Shown here: one piece after another, positions 9,355 through 18,338 of the stretch
Numbering within the stretch: the stretch's first letter is position 1
Layout: each line of letters starts with the position of its first letter
Source of the DNA: Aquificaceae bacterium
Lineage (GTDB): Bacteria > Aquificota > Aquificia > Aquificales > Aquificaceae
Length of the DNA: 27,661 nucleotides
Reading direction: 5' to 3'
NCBI GenBank assembly: GCA_037924335.1
Contig: JAXSMZ010000020.1
Location: forward strand, 1 to 27,661
The notes under the pieces: model-generated
Database searches by the model: none
Seen by the model: the letters and a program-made list of their open reading frames with translations, nothing else
Told to the model about the DNA's origin: nothing
Program-made: the position numbers and the translations under genes

Positions 9355-10226
9355 AGGATGCGATAAACTTTGTTTTTGCTTTTGAAAATAAAAAGAAAGA
9401 CTTCAGGACATTACACAGGGCTTATTACAGGATATTGAGAGAAAGGTTTTCTTTGCCATCTCAGTATGCGGTAAATGTATCAAGGAAAGTAGGAGTAGTT
9501 TTTGCAAGCAAAGGCAAGTGGGAAAAGCCACCAAAGAGGAAATCTCTATCAGTAGACCTTACTTTTAACATAAATCTTGCAAGAAGTCTCCCTAACGGGT
9601 GGTAGGGTAGGAACTACCCGAACTGAAGCCTGTGGAGAGGTGAAAAGCCTCTATGAAGCAGGAAGCTCCATCTTATAGAAGATGGAGTAGTTCACCAGGA
9701 CATTCTCCATAAAACCTGAAAAAAAGTAATATCAATAACAACTTTCAATGGCAGGTTAAAGAATATTCCTTATCTTGGATGGGAAAGGCATAATAGGAGA
9801 CCCAGTTTTGGTTTATGAGAAGGCAAGCAAGGAGTTTTTCTTGAATATTTTTTGTGGAGATAGAAGTGGAAAAGCAAACTCCACAAGAAGTTATTGGAAT
9901 AGATGTAGGAGAGGTAAACACTGTTGCATCAATTAGTAGCAAAGGACACAAAGAGATAGTTCCAAAGGTAGAAGAATACAAGAGGATAAAGGAGAAATAT
10001 CAAAGGTTAAGACAAGCCTTCCAATCAAAAGCACCCGTTCTGCAAAGAGGAAGTTAAAAATCCTCTCAGTAGGAACATGCGGATATTGTGGGGGCAACAA
10101 ACATAATGATAAAAGGACTTGTAAAGGTTCAAAACCAATATTTACAAGAGCTGTTTGTCAACCAGCCTAATGCTCTCCCTCATGGGATGGAGCAAGCTCC
10201 TGCTTCTTTAAGTTGGAGTAGTTGAC
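9351..10226 (+). mobile_element. tnpB: Decayed IS200/IS605 (IS1341-type) element: 5'-truncated, frameshifted tnpB with intact right end
   Basis: LRERFSLPSQ N-terminal motif, RuvC-I GIDVG (9896-9910), bridge helix LRQAFQSK, RuvC-III HADIVGATNI (10076-10105). RuvC-II and Zn finger are deleted. Right end CAAGCTCC...GGAGTAGTTGAC ends at 10226. Confidence 0.88.
9569..9695 (+). mobile_element. 127-bp non-autonomous IS200/IS605 mini-element (omega-RNA scaffold plus right end) nested in tnpB
   Basis: Follows TTTAA and ends in TTCAC with no target duplication; removal restores L-T-F-N-R-T-F. Contains hairpins GGGTAG/CTACCC, GCCTGTGGAG...GAAGCAGG and CTCCATCTT-ATAG-AAGATGGAG. Confidence 0.82.
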
Positions 10227-10239
10227 TTAAACTTAAACT

Positions 10240-11325
10240 ATGGACAGATGGACCCTTTACCCAGTGCTTGCCCTCTTTGTTATTGGTGAAACAGCCCTGA
10301 TAAGCTCCAACATAGTACCTTATATCTTCGATAGGTACAGAGAGCTTGGCATATACAAAAAACCCCTCATCCAGCTTATAACCTTCCTGCTTGGGCTCTT
10401 TTTAGCTGACAGGATGGCAAAGCTTTTTGATTACAGAGTGTTGAAAAGTAAAAAGATGGCTTATGCCCTGGTTCTGACATCTACCATTTCCCTTTTCTTT
10501 GTTGTTTTGAAAAAGTACTTAATGCATATGTCTGTGAACAGATGGCTTATTGGCACAAGCGTCCAGCCCCTCGAGTTTTCCAAATTGGCCCTCGTTATCT
10601 TTGTAGCTTATTACATTGTGGAAAAGGGAACACTCAAAGAGTGGAGATATCTCTTTTGGGCATCTTTCATAGTCCTTGTCAATGCCTTTTTAATTTTCCT
10701 TCAACCGGACAAGGGTGGTGCCATCTTCATTCTCTCAGTTGCTGGGGTCATCTTCTATGTGGGTGGTATACAAAGAAAGGTTTACGTGCCAATAATAGCC
10801 ACCTTTAGCCTTTTTATCTTATACATACTAACTTCAAAATCTAGCTATGTGCAAGGCAGGCTCTCTGCATGGAAGGACCCCTTTGCAGACCCAGATGAGC
10901 TTGGATACCAGATAGTGCAGTCTCTCTTTGGCTTAGCTCATGGTGGGTTCTTTGGTGTGGGAATAGGTCAAGGTATGCAAAAGATGGGAGCTTTGCCGAT
11001 TGCTGATACAGATTACATAATATCCTTGGTAGGAGAAGAGTTTGGTTTTGTTGGACTGTCTTTTGTAATGCTCTTTTACTCTCTGTTCATAGGTAGGCTT
11101 TTTTATTACACATTCAGAACAAGGGAGAACTTCGGTAAGCTCATACTGCTTGGCATCTCTTTGAACTTCTCCATCTCTTTTTTTTACAACACCGCCATGG
11201 TGGTAAACCTTCTTCCCCCAAAGGGAATAGCTCTGCCCTTCTTAAGCTATGGAGCTTCGAACCTTTTTCTGTCCCTCATAAGTTTTGGTCTGGTACAGTC
11301 TATAAAGAACAGAAATAGGTTATAA
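10240..11325 (+). CDS. ftsW: SEDS peptidoglycan glycosyltransferase (FtsW/RodA family, FtsW-like)
   Basis: RW, QPLEFSKL, QPDKG, GYQIVQS, GG.FG.G, TDYI, GEEFG, KGIALPFLSYG. Confidence 0.88.
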   Translation: MDRWTLYPVLALFVIGETALISSNIVPYIFDRYRELGIYKKPLIQLITFLLGLFLADRMAKLFDYRVLKSKKMAYALVLTSTISLFFVVLKKYLMHMSVNRWLIGTSVQPLEFSKLALVIFVAYYIVEKGTLKEWRYLFWASFIVLVNAFLIFLQPDKGGAIFILSVAGVIFYVGGIQRKVYVPIIATFSLFILYILTSKSSYVQGRLSAWKDPFADPDELGYQIVQSLFGLAHGGFFGVGIGQGMQKMGALPIADTDYIISLVGEEFGFVGLSFVMLFYSLFIGRLFYYTFRTRENFGKLILLGISLNFSISFFYNTAMVVNLLPPKGIALPFLSYGASNLFLSLISFGLVQSIKNRNRL

Positions 11326-11336
11326 TTTTATAAACA

Positions 11337-11408
11337 GGCGACGTGGCCGAGCGGCTAGGCGAGGGACTGCAAATCCCTTTCACGGCGGTTCGAATCCGCC
11401 CGTCGCCT
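11337..11408 (+). tRNA. tRNA-Cys(GCA), CCA not encoded
   Basis: Acceptor GGCGACG/CGTCGCC, anticodon loop CTGCAAA, T-loop GGTTCGAATCC, discriminator U. Confidence 0.96.
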
Positions 11409-11430
11409 AAAAAACTTTAGGAGGTAGTGT

Positions 11431-11718
11431 ATGCCCAACACAAAACAAGCAGAAAAACGCATGAGAAGAGATGCCAAAAGAAGAGTTAGAAACAGATACC
11501 ATCTCTCCAGGATGAGGACATACATTAAAAGGCTAAGAGACCTGGTAAATGCCAAGAAGCTCGAAGAGGCAAAGTCCTTTCTGCCAGAAGTTGTAAGTCT
11601 AATATATCATACAGCATCCAAGGGTGTTATACATAAAAGAGAGGCAAGCAGGAGAGCATCAAGGGTTAATCTTCTTCTTAACAAGGCTCTCAAATCTTCT
11701 GAGAGTCAAAAGGGATAA
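11431..11718 (+). CDS. rpsT: 30S ribosomal protein S20
   Basis: MPNTKQAEKRMR...RN...SRMRTYIK...KGVIHK..A.R..SR; RBS AGGAGGT. Confidence 0.97.
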   Translation: MPNTKQAEKRMRRDAKRRVRNRYHLSRMRTYIKRLRDLVNAKKLEEAKSFLPEVVSLIYHTASKGVIHKREASRRASRVNLLLNKALKSSESQKG

Positions 11719-13146
11719 AGATTCCTTGAAAAGCACCAACGCAATAAAGTAAACTACCATAGCTGCTGGCACTATAAGCAGTGTATATTCAGGCTCTGTG
11801 AGAAAGCGTTTCATAAAGAGCACTGCAGCAACCATAACGAATGAAGCCAACAGGGGTTTTGGCAATATACGTAAAACATCGGTTATATGAACACCATCCC
11901 CACTTGCCTTAAGGAATAGGTATAAAAGCCCTACGAGAGAGGATGTAGATGTGCCAAGGGATAAGCCAACAGCCCCCCATCCAAGGACAAAAGCGTAGAG
12001 GCTAGCAGATATACCCTCAGATAAAATAGATACAAAAGAAGACTTTACTGGTGTTTTTGTGTCTCCCTTAGCAAAAAAGACGCTGCTTATAACCTTTTGA
12101 AGAGAAAAGAACACTAAGCCAATAGCGTAAGCCCTTAAAACTGCAGAGGATATGAGTATGTCTTCCTCTTTGAACTTTCCCCTTCCATAAAGGAAGGCTA
12201 CTATGTAGTCAGACATGAAAAGAAGGCCAAAGCTTGCAGGAAGAGATATGAGAAGGATAAACCTGAAAGCTAAGAGAGTGTTATCCTTAACGTTTCCACC
12301 ACCGGATATTACAGATAGCAGAGAGTTTGCTACACCAACGGACACAGCACCCAAGGGAAGTTGAAATAGTCTGTTGGCATAGTAAAGATAAGAGATAGAA
12401 CCCGTGGCTAAAAAGGATGCTAAAAAAGTATCTATGAAGAAGGAGAGCTGTGCCACTCCAAACCCCAAAAGGGCTGGAAGAAGCCTTTTGACTAGCAGGA
12501 TTATATCCTTATCTACCTTCAAGGATATTCTTAATCCAGCGCCCAATTTCAGAAAAGGTGGTAGGTTGAAAAGAAGCTGAGCCATACCACCCAGAAGAAC
12601 ACCAGCTATAAGAGAATAGTAGCCAAGGGGTTTAGCAAAAAGTGCTACCAAAAAGGAAAAAAATATGTTAAAAACTGCCTGTGCAAAAGCTGGTATAAAA
12701 AAAATTCCTCTTGTGTTCAGAATTGCCATAAAAAAAGAGCTAAGCCCCACAAAAAGGAGGTAAGTAAACAACCATCTTGACATAAAAACTGCAAGATCAA
12801 AGTAAGGTTTGCTTCTTATGCCTGGGGCTATTAGCGTAATTATGTATTCAGACAGAAGTATACCCAAAAAGGTTATCAAAATATTTGCTAAAGTATAATA
12901 GGTAAAGGCTGAAGATAGGAATTCTCCATCTTTCCTTTTTGCATATATGGGTATAAAGGCTGCATTAAAGCCACCCTCTCCAAGCAAACGCCTAAAGGTG
13001 TTGGGAAGTCTAAAGGCTATAAAAAAAGCATCCGTAATCTGAGAGGCTCCAAAGTGATAGGCTATGATGGCATCCCTCACGTACCCAAAGATACGGCTAA
13101 GAAAGGTGGCTAAAGAGAAAGCTAAACTGTGTTTTATCACTCCCAT
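11659..13146 (-). CDS. murJ: Lipid II flippase
   Basis: SRIFGYVRD, DAFFIAFRLPN.FRR..GEG, YANRLFQLPLG, GDTKTP. Confidence 0.96.
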   Translation of the reverse strand: MGVIKHSLAFSLATFLSRIFGYVRDAIIAYHFGASQITDAFFIAFRLPNTFRRLLGEGGFNAAFIPIYAKRKDGEFLSSAFTYYTLANILITFLGILLSEYIITLIAPGIRSKPYFDLAVFMSRWLFTYLLFVGLSSFFMAILNTRGIFFIPAFAQAVFNIFFSFLVALFAKPLGYYSLIAGVLLGGMAQLLFNLPPFLKLGAGLRISLKVDKDIILLVKRLLPALLGFGVAQLSFFIDTFLASFLATGSISYLYYANRLFQLPLGAVSVGVANSLLSVISGGGNVKDNTLLAFRFILLISLPASFGLLFMSDYIVAFLYGRGKFKEEDILISSAVLRAYAIGLVFFSLQKVISSVFFAKGDTKTPVKSSFVSILSEGISASLYAFVLGWGAVGLSLGTSTSSLVGLLYLFLKASGDGVHITDVLRILPKPLLASFVMVAAVLFMKRFLTEPEYTLLIVPAAMVVYFIALVLFKESLSLLTLRRFESLVKKKINP

Positions 13147-13154
13147 TCTTCGAA

Positions 13155-13238
13155 TGCCGGAGGCGGGAGTCGAACCCGCACGCCCTCACGGGCACTGCCC
13201 CCTCAAGACAGCGCGTCTGCCAGTTCCGCCACTCCGGC
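13155..13238 (-). tRNA. tRNA-Leu(GAG), CCA not encoded
   Basis: Acceptor GCCGGAG/CTCCGGC, anticodon loop TTGAGGG, long variable arm, GGTTCGACTCC; upstream TTGGCA-17-TATAAT. Confidence 0.96.
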
Positions 13239-13261
13239 TTGAAGTTATATTATATCATTCC

Positions 13262-13822
13262 ATGAATACGTTGCCAAGACTTTATGCTATAACGGACAGC
13301 GAAAGGTACGGAGAAAACTTCTTCGATACTTTAAAAAAAGTGCTCGACAGAGGAGTAAAAATGATACAGCTAAGGGAGAAGAAACTGAGCGCCAGGGAAT
13401 ACTATGAAAAAGCAATCAAGGTAAGAGAGATAACAAAAGAATACTCAGCCATGCTCTTTATAAACGAAAGGGTTGATATAGCGTTGGCTGTAGAAGCCGA
13501 TGGAGTTCACCTTCCCCAAGACGGACTTCCTCCATCCTGCGTAAAAAGGATAAAAAAAGAGCTTATTGTGGGATTTTCCTCTCATAGCTTGGACTCCGCT
13601 CTCTATGCTCAAAAAGAGGATGCCGATTTTATAACTCTGAGCCCCATATTTAAAACCTCTTCCCATCCAGGGATAGAACCTCTTGGACTTTCTTTTTTAC
13701 GGGATGTATGCCGAAAGCTTAGCATACCAGTGTATGCCTTAGGTGGTGTAGATTGGGAAAAGATAAAGCTATGCTACAAGAATGGAGCTTACGGTGTGGC
13801 TGGGATAAGCCTGTTTTTATAA
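13262..13822 (+). CDS. thiE: Thiamine-phosphate synthase (ThiE/TenI family)
   Basis: LYAITD, IQLREK, INERVDIA, DGVHL, G.SSH, SPIF.T.S, YALGG. The true start is ATG 13262, since the longer ORF runs through the tRNA. Confidence 0.85.
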   Translation: MNTLPRLYAITDSERYGENFFDTLKKVLDRGVKMIQLREKKLSAREYYEKAIKVREITKEYSAMLFINERVDIALAVEADGVHLPQDGLPPSCVKRIKKELIVGFSSHSLDSALYAQKEDADFITLSPIFKTSSHPGIEPLGLSFLRDVCRKLSIPVYALGGVDWEKIKLCYKNGAYGVAGISLFL

Positions 13823-13839
13823 ACTATAAACATTCACTA

Positions 13840-13868
13840 TTGCAAATGAGATTCATTTGGATTATATT
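13840..13868 (+). promoter_or_regulatory. sigma70 promoter of fur with overlapping Fur-box-like palindrome
   Basis: TTGCAA-17-TATATT. AAATGAGATTCATTT (13844-13858) is palindromic; 13842-13860 matches GATAATGATAATCATTATC at 12/19. Confidence 0.65.
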
Positions 13869-13874
13869 AACTCC

Positions 13875-14333
13875 ATGGATATTAAAGAACTTAGCAAGCA
13901 GTTTGAACAGTTTTTAAGGCAGAAGGGATATAAGGTAACAAAGGGGAGAGTTGACCTTATAGAGAAGATAGCGAATTACGGTACACACTTTGAGATAGAA
14001 CAGCTTGTTATGTGGATAACGAGCTCAGACAGAGGTACTGCATCAAGGTCAACCATCTACAGGACCATAAAGCTACTCCAAGAATTTGGCGCTATAAGAG
14101 AGGTAATAAAGCTTGGCAACAGGACCATATACGAGTTTATAGCGGGGAAGCCCCATCACGAACATCTTGTATGTGTAAAGTGCGGTAACATAGTGGAGTT
14201 TTACAAAGAAGAGATAGAAGAGCTTCAGGATAAAGTCTGCGAGGAACACAGTTTTACTCCAATAAATCACAGGTTAGAAATTTTTGGAGTGTGTAGCGAG
14301 TGTAAAGAGAAAGGTCTATTATCATCCATTTAG
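13875..14333 (+). CDS. fur: Fur-family metalloregulator (Fur/Zur type)
   Basis: STIYRTIKLL helix, YE...HHEHLVCVKCG.IVEF, C-terminal CSEC; ATG 13875. Confidence 0.85.
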   Translation: MDIKELSKQFEQFLRQKGYKVTKGRVDLIEKIANYGTHFEIEQLVMWITSSDRGTASRSTIYRTIKLLQEFGAIREVIKLGNRTIYEFIAGKPHHEHLVCVKCGNIVEFYKEEIEELQDKVCEEHSFTPINHRLEIFGVCSECKEKGLLSSI

Positions 14334-14735
14334 CCATTGCAGAAAGATATATATCAGCCATCCCGTAAAGGCAACGTATATCCAAACGGCAGCCGTGAAG
14401 GGTGCTACTTTTCTATGCTTTTCAAAGGTACCCTTGAGAGCGTATCTCAATGTTATGATTGCAAGAGGGAAGTTTATCACAGCCAAAGCGGTATGCGACC
14501 AAAGTACAAAAAGAAATAGGTTTCTGTGCGGACCTTCGTACTTGGAAGGTGGGAAGAGAGCGTTTTTTAGAAGGTATAAACCCACAAACACCAAGGCAAG
14601 AAAGGATGCTGTTAGCATAGCCCTTTTATGAAGGTCTCTTCTACCAGCTTTTATCAGAAAAAGCCCAAATATTATGGATAGCCCACTTAGGCCTATACTC
14701 AACAAACTCAGATAATTTATTATTGAGTAAACCAT
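14322..14735 (-). CDS. DUF420-like 4-TM membrane protein (CtaM/YozB-like)
   Basis: HKRAML.A, Y.G, H..LA, H.K.A..T...W.YVA.TG..IY pattern. Confidence 0.8.
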   Translation of the reverse strand: MVYSIINYLSLLSIGLSGLSIIFGLFLIKAGRRDLHKRAMLTASFLALVFVGLYLLKNALFPPSKYEGPHRNLFLFVLWSHTALAVINFPLAIITLRYALKGTFEKHRKVAPFTAAVWIYVAFTGWLIYIFLQWLNG

Positions 14736-14831
14736 ATGTCTAATATTTTATCAGTCAATTCCATAAAATGTGTAAAAAAATAAAACATCTTACTTGATCC
14801 GTTTGCCAATAGAATTAGATTAAATTTCTGT

Positions 14832-16163
14832 ATGAAAGAAAAGAGAAGTTCCTTTGTTTGCCAGGTGTGCGGGTACTCATCCGTTAAGTGGCTTGGAAAG
14901 TGCCCATCCTGTGGAACTTGGAACTCTATGGTGGAGGAGCTTAGAAGTACAAACCTAAGAAGTTATAAAAAGCCATCTTTGGTAAAACCCATATCAGATT
15001 GGGATGAGGAAAAGCTTGAGAGACTTAATACGGGTTTTGAAAACCTTGACATTGCCCTTGGTGGTGGTATAGTTGAGGGTCAGGTTATTCTCCTTGCCGG
15101 TGAACCGGGAATAGGGAAGTCAACCCTTCTTTTGCAGGTCTCAGATAGGTATGCGGGGAGATATGGACCAGTGCTTTACGTGTCTGGAGAAGAGTCTGGT
15201 CCTCAGATAGCCATAAGGGGAAAGAGGACTGGTGTATGGAGTAAGGATGTGCTAATTCTTCCAGAGACGAACCTGGAAACTCTTCTTGAAAGCTTGAAGG
15301 AAACAAAACCAAGCCTCTTAGTTGTGGATTCTATTCAGACTGTTTACACAGAGTCTTTGGAGTCATCCCCAGGTAGCGTATCGCAGGTTAGGGATTGCGC
15401 TTTTAAAATAGCAGAGTTTTGCAAATCTAAAGGTATACCAGCCTTTTTGGTGGGTCAGATAACGAAGGATGGGAGTATAGCAGGGCCAAAAGTTCTTGAA
15501 CACTTGGTTGATACTGTCCTTTACTTTGAAGGTGAGAGGTTCAACTTCTACAGAGTGCTCAAAGTTGTTAAAAACCGTTTTGGTTCATCCGGTGAGGTGG
15601 CTGTTTTCAAAATGTCCGACGGTGGTCTTGGGGAGATTCCAGAGCCTTCGGCCTTCTTCCTCCAGGAGAGAACCAATTCGGTTGGAAGCTTGGCCTTTCC
15701 TTACACAGAGGGTAGCAAACCAGTTCTCGTTGAGGTACAAGCCCTCACCATTCAAGCCTTGTACACTACTCCGCAGAGGAGGTCTCAGGGGTACGATATA
15801 AACAGGTTGTCGCTTATGCTTGCCGTACTTGAAAAGGAAGGGAAGATATTCACAAGGGACAAGGATGTGTTCATCAATGTGGTAGGTGGTATACAGATAA
15901 GAGAACCCGCCATTGACCTTGCCGTTGTTCTGGCAATAGCTTCATCAGTCAAGGAAAAACCTATGGATAATCTGATAGCCTTTGGAGAGGTTGGACTATC
16001 TGGGGAGGTGAGAGCTGTTCACTTCTCCGATTCAAGGCTCAGAGAGGCAAAAAAGTTTGGCTTTAACCGTGCCATAGTTCCCAAGTCTGCTTGTATAGAC
16101 ATAGAGGACATGGAAGTTATAGGTGTTTCCCACCTAAAGGAAGCCTTGGATTTCATCATGTGA
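14832..16163 (+). CDS. radA: DNA repair protein RadA/Sms
   Basis: C4 Zn finger, GEPGIGKSTLLLQ, DSIQT, KNRFG, GEVGLSGEVR. Confidence 0.98.
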   Translation: MKEKRSSFVCQVCGYSSVKWLGKCPSCGTWNSMVEELRSTNLRSYKKPSLVKPISDWDEEKLERLNTGFENLDIALGGGIVEGQVILLAGEPGIGKSTLLLQVSDRYAGRYGPVLYVSGEESGPQIAIRGKRTGVWSKDVLILPETNLETLLESLKETKPSLLVVDSIQTVYTESLESSPGSVSQVRDCAFKIAEFCKSKGIPAFLVGQITKDGSIAGPKVLEHLVDTVLYFEGERFNFYRVLKVVKNRFGSSGEVAVFKMSDGGLGEIPEPSAFFLQERTNSVGSLAFPYTEGSKPVLVEVQALTIQALYTTPQRRSQGYDINRLSLMLAVLEKEGKIFTRDKDVFINVVGGIQIREPAIDLAVVLAIASSVKEKPMDNLIAFGEVGLSGEVRAVHFSDSRLREAKKFGFNRAIVPKSACIDIEDMEVIGVSHLKEALDFIM

Positions 16164-18147
16164 TAGGCTCCAAGAAAGCTTTGTGTATGGACTTTACTCT
16201 TCCATCAAAGTCTACAACTGCCTTTTCTCCATCCATGGATATTATCCTTCCTGTACCAAAGATCCTGTGCTTTACCCTATCTCCAACGCTTAAAGAGTGT
16301 GAAACTCTGAACTCTTCCCTGTAAGATGTCCTTTTTATTTTGTATGCTGAAAGGTCTAAGTGTTCTTTTGGTATTTCTGAAAGGAACATGCTTGGCTTTC
16401 TACCCTTTGACCTTGTATAGGTCATGTAAAGAAACTCCTTTGCTCTGGTTACTGCCACATAAAAAAGCCTTCTTTCTTCTTCAAGCTGGTTTGTGTTTTC
16501 CATCGCCTTCTCGTGAGGTAGTATACCATTCTCAAGCCTTGGCAGAAAAACAGCAGAAAATTCGAGCCCTTTGCTAGCATGTACAGTCATGACCTTAACA
16601 GAATCGGAGCTATCCTCCTCTCCTCCCATCAAGCTTATCTCTTCAAGCACCTCCATAAGCGTGTCTCCTCCTTTCTCTTTCTCTTCAAGAAAGCTCATGA
16701 ACTCTCTCAAATTCTCCCTTCTCTCCTCGTAGTCCTTTTCGTACCTTCTCTGCATGTAGCTCTGATAGTCTATCTCTTCTAAAAAATCTCTGAGAGCCGA
16801 AGAGTATCTCTCTGAGTTTTTACTCAGCTTTTCTAAGCTTTGCAAAAACTTGTACATCTTCTCTACCCTCTCCTTAGGAAGATGTCCAAGAGCTTCCTTT
16901 GATGCATCAAGCCAGCTTTCTCTGTAAAAACTTCTTATTAACTCAAAGCTTCTGCTTAGACCAACACACTCTAAGCATCTCAGAAATGATATTTCATCTC
17001 TTGGGTTTAAAAGAGTTTTTAAAAATCCAAGCACATCCTTTATCTCTGACCTTTCAAAGAATCTCACAGCACCGACCACTTTATAGGGTATTTTAGCCTG
17101 AAAGAGAGATCTCTCCATAGCATCTGTTACGTATCCAACCCTTACAAGCAGCGCTATATCTGAGGGGGGGAAGAGTTTGAGAAGCTCCTTTATTTCCTGG
17201 GCTATCCATGCCGATTCATCCATTTCGTTCTCAAACTTTCTTACAACAGGTTTTTTGTTTCCATCCTTGTTGGTTTTTAGGACTGGCACAAGATGCTTCC
17301 ATGGTGCATGGGAGTGAGAGAGTATAGCGTTAGCTATTGCTATTATGTTTTTGTTGGAGCGGTAATTGTACTCAAGCTTGATAACATCTGGCTTAAAGTC
17401 TTCCATGAATCTTAGTATGTTGTCGGGTTTTGCATGCCTCCACTCGTATATACATTGGTTTGGGTCTCCAACAACGCACACATTTTCCTTTGCCAAGAGC
17501 CTTATTATTTCGTACTGAACCTTGTTTGTATCTTGGAATTCATCCACCAGAACGAACTTAAAGAAATTCTTCCATGAGACACCATGAAACTTCAAAAGGT
17601 TGTAAAACCGGTACAAAAGTTCAGAGAAGTCCAAAAGGTTTGAACTTTTCAATGCCTCCAGATACTCCATGTATATGTCCTCTAAGTCTCCCCCTTCTTG
17701 CAATTTTTCCCTTCTCAGAGATAGGTAGAATAGAACCTTTTCTAAAAGCTTTTTATCAGATCCCTTCTGTTTTAAAATCCTTTTAATTATTCTTTTTTTG
17801 TCCTCCTCATCAATTATAGAAAAGTCCGTAGAAAGCCCTATCTTTCCACCATCCTTTTTGAGAATTCTGAGAGCTACAGAGTGAAAAGTTCCAACCCATT
17901 GGAGTTCCTTTCCCATTATGCTTTTTATCCTTTCCTTTATCTCCCATGCTGCCCTGTTGGTAAAAGTTACAGCCAGTATTCTGTCAGGTTCTATGCCTAC
18001 ATTTCTAACAATGTGTTCTATCTTTCTCACTAAGGTTTTTGTCTTACCAGAACCAGCTCCAGCCACTATAAGAAGAGGTTTCCCAAAGTGTTTTACTGCT
18101 TTTTCCTGATATTGGTCCAGTGTGTGAAAGATATGACTCATGGTCAT
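16156..18147 (-). CDS. UvrD/PcrA-family SF1 helicase
   Basis: AGAGSGKT, TFTNRAA, DEFQD, VGDPNQ.IY, YRS, TVHASKGLEF, EERRLFYVAVTRAK, Tudor-like tail. Confidence 0.95.
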   Translation of the reverse strand: MTMSHIFHTLDQYQEKAVKHFGKPLLIVAGAGSGKTKTLVRKIEHIVRNVGIEPDRILAVTFTNRAAWEIKERIKSIMGKELQWVGTFHSVALRILKKDGGKIGLSTDFSIIDEEDKKRIIKRILKQKGSDKKLLEKVLFYLSLRREKLQEGGDLEDIYMEYLEALKSSNLLDFSELLYRFYNLLKFHGVSWKNFFKFVLVDEFQDTNKVQYEIIRLLAKENVCVVGDPNQCIYEWRHAKPDNILRFMEDFKPDVIKLEYNYRSNKNIIAIANAILSHSHAPWKHLVPVLKTNKDGNKKPVVRKFENEMDESAWIAQEIKELLKLFPPSDIALLVRVGYVTDAMERSLFQAKIPYKVVGAVRFFERSEIKDVLGFLKTLLNPRDEISFLRCLECVGLSRSFELIRSFYRESWLDASKEALGHLPKERVEKMYKFLQSLEKLSKNSERYSSALRDFLEEIDYQSYMQRRYEKDYEERRENLREFMSFLEEKEKGGDTLMEVLEEISLMGGEEDSSDSVKVMTVHASKGLEFSAVFLPRLENGILPHEKAMENTNQLEEERRLFYVAVTRAKEFLYMTYTRSKGRKPSMFLSEIPKEHLDLSAYKIKRTSYREEFRVSHSLSVGDRVKHRIFGTGRIISMDGEKAVVDFDGRVKSIHKAFLEPIT

Positions 18148-18200
18148 AGACTACCTAAAAGCCTTCTATATGCATATCTCTAGCTTATTTTATCATGAGT

Positions 18201-18275
18201 TTGAAAGCATGATGGTATTTTTGACATATCCTCATAGAAGCTTGACACTTTGACAAGCCTTTTGCCACATTGACA
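18201..18275 (+). promoter_or_regulatory. Phased TTGACA-like direct-repeat array, putative activator-binding site (UAS)
   Basis: TTGAAA 18201, TTGACA 18221, 18242, 18250, 18270, TTGCCA 18262. Confidence 0.5.
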
Positions 18276-18338
18276 ACATCATAAAAGCCCAATCGAAAGC
18301 AAAAGGTTGGGAGAAAGGTATCTGTTCATCAAACTTTA

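Noticed and set aside
9351..10057. ORFs 9351-9605 and 9854-10057 as independent small genes
   Set aside because: They are fragments of one interrupted, frameshifted tnpB.
13064..13261. N-terminal extension of ThiE
   Set aside because: It overlaps murJ and tRNA-Leu on the opposite strand; homology begins at Met 13262.
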